The translations under genes and the position numbers were made by a program. A model generated the notes under the pieces. The model made no database searches and was not told where the DNA came from. It saw only the letters and a list, made by a program, of their open reading frames with translations. Shown piece after piece: positions 57,470-64,000 of a DNA stretch of 64,000 nt. Every line of letters starts with the position of its first letter. The first letter of the stretch is position 1. This stretch comes from Hyaloraphidium curvatum SAG 235-1 (lineage: Eukaryota; Fungi; Monoblepharomycota): contig JAIVFI010000034.1 of assembly GCA_025558095.1 (NCBI GenBank), positions 1 to 64,000 on the forward strand. Reading direction: 5' to 3'.

Positions 57470-58398
57470 ACGGACTTCCCGACATACCCGCTGACGACCA
57501 GGACCGTACGGACATCTTGCCTTTCTTCGGTATCGCGGATCCTTGCGCCTTGCCCGTCGAGCGCGCACCCCCGGATCTCGCACAGCGAACGATCCGACGC
57601 CTTTTCAGCCCCATGGTGGCTGCCATTCGCCGTTTCACCGACGCGTACCTTGATTCGGACCTTCGAGCGGCTGGCAGTATCCCACTATCCAGGAGATGGT
57701 GACTCGTCACGATAGTTTCGCTTCTGGACCTTTGCAAGGCTTCAACAGAGACTCTTTCGCCGATACCCTGTGGAAACCTACGCTCGGGGCTCTCTTGCTG
57801 GCAAAAGCTACTCTCGTGGTCCCAACCGTGTCGGCGACGTATTGCCGAGGATGTGGCTCTGCTTGACAACATGGCCCGGTGCACTGCATCGAACCCCTAG
57901 CTGATCGTGATGCTGTCCATCCCGGAATTGCCGAAGGAGGCCGAAAACGAACTGATCCAGGTGCAATGTCCACATTCGTCGCGGAGAGACCTAACCCCTG
58001 GAGGCGGCAGATGGCGGAAGACGGTTCAAGCGGCCAAAATCTCACTCCACTCCAATGGATGAAGCTGGTCAACAGCCTCTCGGGGAGCCGCAGGTTCGAC
58101 CTCATCAACAGCGTCGTCCACCTCGTGAAGTTCTGCGATTCATTGCGCGAAGCTATGGATCCGGGATCCTGGAGGGGCCAGGGCTACTACCTCATTCATC
58201 CTCCGCCGCAGCAAGCTCATGAACGGTACCGCAGCCAGCGATTCTTGCGATCCCTGCGGGAAGACGCAGGGAGAGGTGAAGCTCATGAGGTGCAGCCGGT
58301 GCGGGAAGGCGCGATACTACGGGGCCGAATGCCAGCGGGCCGCGTGGAAGGAGCACAAGAAGGACTGCATCCCGCGGAGCTCAACGGCGGAGAAATAA
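57470..58398 (+). pseudogene. 5'-truncated, degraded MSW-MYND family copy
   Basis: PPDLAQR..YLDSDLR, FVAERPNPWRR, SLREAMDPGS, and a MYND-like end KLMRCSRCGKARYYGAECQRAAWKEHKKDC in different frames. Confidence 0.8.
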
Positions 58399-58497
58399 AT
58401 CCGCTAGCTTACCGCAGTGATAAGTGTCTGAATGCTTACATAGCTGGCCTCCCTCGCTCTACTCCTCTCGCGCGCACTTTGTCCAGCTCCAACGAGT

Positions 58498-59318
58498 TCA
58501 AAGCCATGCGAGGGCTGCCGTCACACCGGCAAATGCAGCCAGCCCAGGCATTCCGGCCCGCAACCCCGCAGCACCGCCGGGCCTTGACGTGCTCGCCGTC
58601 GCTGTCGCCGTGCTCGCGGTCGTTAAGCTGGTCCGCCCCGGGGCCACGCATCCCGTCGGCGTCGGCCTGTTGACACTGCCCTCAGTCATGTTGACCCGCA
58701 GCGTGCGGGCCTCGGAGCCGTTGAAGTAGGCCTGCGGCACCGCGGTGCCGTTGGCGTACTTGGCGTCCCATTGCGTGGCGAACGAGATGTACACGCGCGC
58801 GTCCTCGGTGTAGCACTGCGCGTTGGCCGGGTCGCTGCGCGTGCAGAAGGAGTTGTTGGCGCTCGAAGCATTGACGACGCCCTCGGGCCACGAGACGGAG
58901 AGGAACTGGTAGCCGTCGATGTTGCTGTCGGCGGGCGTGCGGCACGTGCGCGAGATGTCGACCGGGCGCGAGGCCGGCTGGATGTCGGCCGGGCTGGAGT
59001 AAACCACGGAGAGCGCATAGGGCGGGGAGGAGCACAGGCCGAAGCGGTAGTTGGTCAGAGCGCTCCAGTTGGTGTAGAACACTTGGCTGCCGGCGGGAAC
59101 ACGTAGCGAACGGCACGGCGCGGAGTCAGGCGGGAATACGAAGAGGAAGAACGCGTCAGTATTCAGATCCGGCGCCAGACGGTGCGAGAGACATGCCAGA
59201 AGTTGTTCGTCAATGCGAGTAGAAATTCTTGGCCCGTGACCAGCGGCCGCGGGGTCGACTGCGGCGCCGCCGCCGGCAGCAGCGAAAGGACGAGAAGAAC
59301 GGCGCTCAGGACGCGCAT
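58498..59318 (-). CDS. Secreted, probably GPI-anchored glycoprotein (~236 aa)
   Basis: Signal MRVLSAVLLVLSLL, one intron 59087-59196 (GC-AG), several N-x-S/T sites, Ser/Thr-rich linker, hydrophobic C-terminus. Confidence 0.65.
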
Positions 59319-59528
59319 TTCCGGGCAGGATTCGCGCGGCGGGCTGCTTGGAGTTGGTGGGGGACGATCCGGTGGCGGGGGGCAGCTTTGTCCCTGCGTC
59401 CCTCCTCGCGAAGCCCGGGTCTCCGAACAAAGCTGCTGAACTCATGGAATAATCGGATGCGGTGCAATATGACAGAGACGTGTTCGGAACCAATGGCACC
59501 CATATCCCCGTGGCGACACCCCGCCACT

Positions 59529-61954
59529 CTACCCCGTGTTCCCCACGCCCTGTTGTCCAACACGAGTGGTCAGCCCCGGATACGATGGCCCACATCAACA
59601 ACTCCCACCTTGCTGATCCCTTGTATCGAAACCACCAGCGCGTCCTTGAGCACCGGATCGTCCTCCAACCTCGCCTCGGCGCCGTTGTCCCCCTCCGCCT
59701 CCTTGCCGCCCTTGGAGTAGTCCGTCCCCCGCACCTTGGCGAGGATGTTGGCCTGTAGCACGTTGAGTGGGTCCGTGAAGGGCACGCGGGCCTCGACGGC
59801 GCGCCGGACGACGGGGTCGTTGTCGAGGAGCTGCTCCTGATTGGTGATCTTGAGGATGTCCTGCACCGTCTCGGCGTACTCGGCGCGCAGGGTGTCGCCG
59901 AACGACTTGAGGTTGTCGGGGACAAGGAGCTTGTCGTAGTACTCTGTGGGCAACACCGCCGATGACTTCGTTAGCCTGGTTGGCAAACGAGTCCGGTGCG
60001 ACGCCCACCGGCCACGTTCATGTCCGCCTTGGCCAGCACCATCTGCACCAGCGACAGCGTGGAGCGGAAGAACGGCCACTCGTTGTACATCTCCTTGAGC
60101 AGGTCCAGCTTGCCGTCCGCGATCTCCTGCCGCAGCGCCTCGCCAATGCCGAGCCAGACGGGGAGGTTCACGCGGGTCTGGTTCCAGCTGAAGATCCAGG
60201 GGACTGTAGGCACAGATAAGCTGCTGGTGCCGCGTACACAGCACGGCGCAACCCACTTGCGCGCAGGGTCTCGATGCCGCCCGCCCTCCGCTTGGACGGC
60301 CTCGACCCGATGTTGAGCAGCGACAGCTCCGGATTGGGTGTTGCGCACCGCAGGTAGTCCACGAACTCGGGCGTCTCGAAGACCATCTTGCGGTAGAAGG
60401 CGCACGACGTCTCGCTGAGCTTGTTCATCATGTCCCTCCACTCCTTCTTGGCCGGCTTCTGCTGCAGCAGCGTGGCCAGCAGCGTCGCGTTGGTGTACCG
60501 CTCGAGGGTCTGCTCGGCCGTGGCCTGCAGGCCAAAGTGGCTGTCGATGATCTCCCCTTGGATCGTGATGCGCATCTTGCCCTTGATCGTCCCGCTCGGC
60601 TGGGACAGGATGGCCAGGTGCTGCGGGCCACCTCCGCGGCCGACGGTGCCCCCGCGGCCGTGGAACATGACGAGGTTGACGCCCCAGTACTCGCACGTCT
60701 TGACGAGAGCCTCCTGGGCCTGGTAGAGGGACCAGACCGAGGCGAAGCGGCCTGCATCTTTGGCTGAGTCCGAGTAGCCGAGCATGACCTCCTGATAGCC
60801 CTTGATGGTGTCGCGGTACCAGTCCAGCGAGAGTAGCTTGCGGATGGTGTTGGGTCCGTCTGTGGGTCATTGGACATGGAACAGTGTAAGACGCGTCCAC
60901 GTCCGGCAACGTCGCGCGCGACCCACTCTCAAGATCGGTCTTGGTCTCAAACAGCGGGGCCACCGGCAGCAGTGGCTCCATCCCGAACGACTTCTGCAGC
61001 AGGCACACGGCCAGCACGTCGCTCGCCGTCCTCGCCATAGAGATGATGTACGTGTTGAGCGCGTCCCGGCCGATGGTGGGCAGCGCGCGGAAGCATGCGA
61101 TCACCTCGCGGGTGAGGTCCGACGGGGCGTCGGGAGCGTCCTTGGGGATGCAGTCGGGCCACTCCGGGGGGACGAGGGGGCGGCGGCCCTTGAGCTCGGC
61201 GAGGAGGAAGGTGATGCGGGCTTCCTCATCCCAGGACTTGTAGGAGCCGATGCCGAGATAGTTCGTGATGGCGTCGAGGGCGTCGGTGTGGGTCTCGGAT
61301 TCCTGGCGGATGTCCTGTGGTGTGACGGGTCCACTGATGAGATTCGCGGGGAAGCCCATCGAGCTGTCCTCCCACCAGCTTGACCAGCGACATTCCGAAC
61401 ACCGTCACTCTCCTGATCATGTCCTGCAGCCTCCCCATGGCCACCAGTTCGAGCCCCGACTCGCAAAGCGACTTGTAGCACAGCTTGAGCGGCCCCAGAA
61501 GCTCCTCGGCGGAGGTGATGAGGCCAGGCGGGGGAGGCGGGGTCTGGTGCGTCGAGACGATCTCCTCGAGATAGCGCTCAGTTATGCGGAGACGCTCGCG
61601 GAGGGCGGCGAGGCAGATGCGGTAGGGCTCGTCCTCGGGCACGTTGAGGCCTGTGGGATCACAGCCGGCTTAGATGTCAATGCGATCAACCACAGACGTC
61701 GCTTTCTGGAATCCCACCCTTGACAAAGTTCCAGTGGCTGAGCCCGATCCTGACCATCCCTCCCTGCTGCATCTCCGCCCCCCCAATCTTGGCCATGTCC
61801 GGAATCACGGTATCCTTCAGGTAGTCCTGGAACTCCTTGGTGCACTTGGTCATGGACAGCTCGAACAGCAGCCTGTCCACCTCGGCAAAGTACAGGTCCG
61901 CCGCGCGCCACCTGCTGAACGCCACCACCTCGGAGGTCACCTTGGCGGTCACGT

Positions 61955-61985
<31 letters not shown>

Positions 61986-63320
61986 CGAGTTGAAGCGGAC
62001 GGGGACGACGTCCGGGGGCAGGGGGAGCGCGCCGCAGCGGGCGAGGGCATCGTCGAGGAGGCGCATGAAGTTGGGGAGGGCGTGGAACAGGACGCGTTCG
62101 ATGACCTCGAGGCCGGCGCGGGCTTCGTCCTGCGGAGTGTCGGGAAATCAGCACGTTACTTGACATATGCGATGGGGCCTGCAGCCCACCTCCGGCTTGG
62201 GTTTGGTCCGCCTGACGGCGCTGCTCCCCCACACGCCGAGCACCTCCCTGACCACCCCCTCCTTGACCCTCTCCAGCTCGTCCGGCGTGAGCACCGCGGT
62301 GTCCCTCTGCGTGAGCAGCTCCGCGATCCCGTAGTACTTTCCCAGCAGCGTCTTTCGCGTGGCCTGGGTCGGATGCGCCGTGATGGTCAGGTCCACGCAC
62401 TGCTCCATCAGCGCGCTCCGGATGTCCTGAGGGGACAGGCCGGCCGCGAGGAGCTGCGAGAAGGCGTCGTCCATGGTCTGCTTGAAGAACAGGGAGGACT
62501 CGCCGCGGCGGTAGGCCCGCCACCGGCGGACGCGGTGCTGTCGCTCGGCGAGCTCGCCGAGGGTGAGGAGCTCGGAAAAGACGCGGGCTAGCTCGAGGTA
62601 AGAAGCCGAAGTGGTGATCTGCGCCGCCAGCTCGGTGAGGGCGTCAAAGTTCTCCTTGGTCTGGTTGGCGTGGTAGGCACGGGCGCGGGAGAGGAAGGAC
62701 TCGAGGGTCGAGATCAGTTGTTCTGGGATCATGTCCGTCAGGCATGGCCAGTGGCGACGCCATAACCACCCACGAGTCCCTTCGTTGCCCTTCTCGGCCT
62801 CGGCGGCCGTCTTGACAATCTGCATGAGCGTGTAGGTGAGGAGCTTGAGGTCTTCTTGGAGCGGGAGGTTGAAGTCGACGGGCTTGACCGCGGCGCTGAT
62901 CCGGACGATTGCGTCAATAACCGACCACTTCCAGAGGCCCGAAACAGCCTCTATGCCAGACGTAACCCACCTGGCACCCAGGTAGCCGCCGGTGGGCACC
63001 CTGACGCTTTCCTTCCTCGACGGCACCCGCTGCCGCCCCTCGGCTTCGCCGTGGTCCGGCTCCCCGTACAGCCCCGGTGGTGGCGCATTCAGGCTCGGAT
63101 CGACCTCGAAATTGGGCCCGTCGACGTAGCCGTTCGGCTCGGCCACCATCTTCCCGCCGAGGCCGGGGGTCGACATCCGCTCCAGCATGCGGGGCAGGTT
63201 GAACTCGCCCTCGAGCTGCATCGGGCTCGGCGTGAGCTTGCGGATGGTGTCGCCGCGCGAGGCCGAGGGGAGCACGGGCGGCGGCGTGGGGTTCCCGGGG
63301 GGAGGCGTCGTGGAGGCCAT
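59529..63320 (-). CDS. ppc: Phosphoenolpyruvate carboxylase, multi-intron
   Basis: VDLTITAHPTQ, SWIGGDRDGNP, PLFET, MLGYSDSAKDAG, FHGRGGTVGRGGGP, LRA(V)PWIFSWNQTR, C-terminal ..GNTG*. Confidence 0.95.
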
Positions 63321-64000
63321 TGCGGGAGGCGTGTTCGGGGAAGCCGTGTCCGGGGCCGGGGGTTCGGGGTCCGTCCGCAGGCGGGTTGCAGGTTCCTCTG
63401 GCAGGCCTGGAGAACCGTCGTCTAGCCGATTGCGCTCCTCCGACGCGTGCGAAGTCTCAGATTCCCCCGTTTGAGGCCCCGGGGCGGCAGGAAAGAAGAG
63501 GCCCGCGATTCGGCCGAGCACGCCCTCCGCCGTCGTCGGAACGCGTCGCGGCGCGCCGGACGCGCCACCGATCTCAGCTCCGTTCCTCGCGCTGGCGCGA
63601 TGCGGGGTGCCGAGGCGGTGGCAGGACCGGGCGGGCGAGCGATGGAGCGGAGGAGATAGCGCGTCGGGTGCCCTGAGTTCCCTTGCGCTCGCGGGTCGCA
63701 AGCCCGAGCTCACGTGAAGACAGGGGGGGCGGTGGATCGTCGACAGTGGTATCGATCTGCATCCCAAAGCACTGAATAGTATGTACAGAGAATAGTTCGA
63801 CCGTTGCTTCCGGCCGTGCTTTCCCGAAGCCCCTGCAGTCTTGCCGATCAAGCCAACCAATCTTCAGCCTCAATGCGACTCCTGTTTACGGCACCATCAT
63901 TTCCTCGCTTCGTTTTCCAGCAGCAGATATCCCTGAGAGTGCACATGAGCAAGGCCTCAGGAGCCTGGGAAGGACGAACGAACCCCGATCGCGGCCCCGG

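Noticed and set aside
121-63873. Many long antisense or alternate-frame ORFs (e.g. 35827-38601 -, 18917-20752 +, 49245-50645 -, 7352-8911 +)
   Set aside because: Shadow ORFs expected at high GC. They are Arg/Pro/Gly-rich, carry no motifs, and overlap well-supported genes.
1-64000. Autonomous transposon, CRISPR array, tRNA or rRNA
   Set aside because: No transposase, RT, integrase or Rep/Hel motifs, no repeat-spacer array, and no recognisable RNA gene.

Overview
This is GC-rich, gene-dense eukaryotic DNA with many short (~50-110 nt) GT-AG introns. Tim54 and a fungal-type transcription-factor domain point to a fungus. The style fits an early-diverging lineage (chytrid/Monoblepharidomycete-like), which is inference. 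Ordinary genes include a Baeyer-Villiger monooxygenase, two HotDog thioesterases, a class 3 lipase, a FOX2-like tandem SDR ending in SKL, an amidase, Tim54, an SDR, a CAMK kinase, a PhyH dioxygenase, an HMT1/ABCB6 ABC transporter, two flavin oxidoreductases, a cytochrome b5-desaturase fusion and a PEP carboxylase. Two dispersed families stand out. (1) About nine intronless, mostly disrupted copies of an 'MSWxxFDExxFxAEVxRxL...MYND zinc finger' gene sit in intergenic gaps in both orientations, and two share ~230 bp of upstream non-coding DNA. (2) Five secreted proteins share an unnamed N-terminal 4-Cys module ending in L[YH]RRY, fused to different C-terminal payloads, and three share an identical intron position. 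Also notable are a HicA-like domain, an intron-containing PEPC in a fungal context, and a ~47-bp hairpin+CTAG direct repeat flanking the SDR gene. All family assignments come from motif recognition, not database searches, and the gene models are manual.
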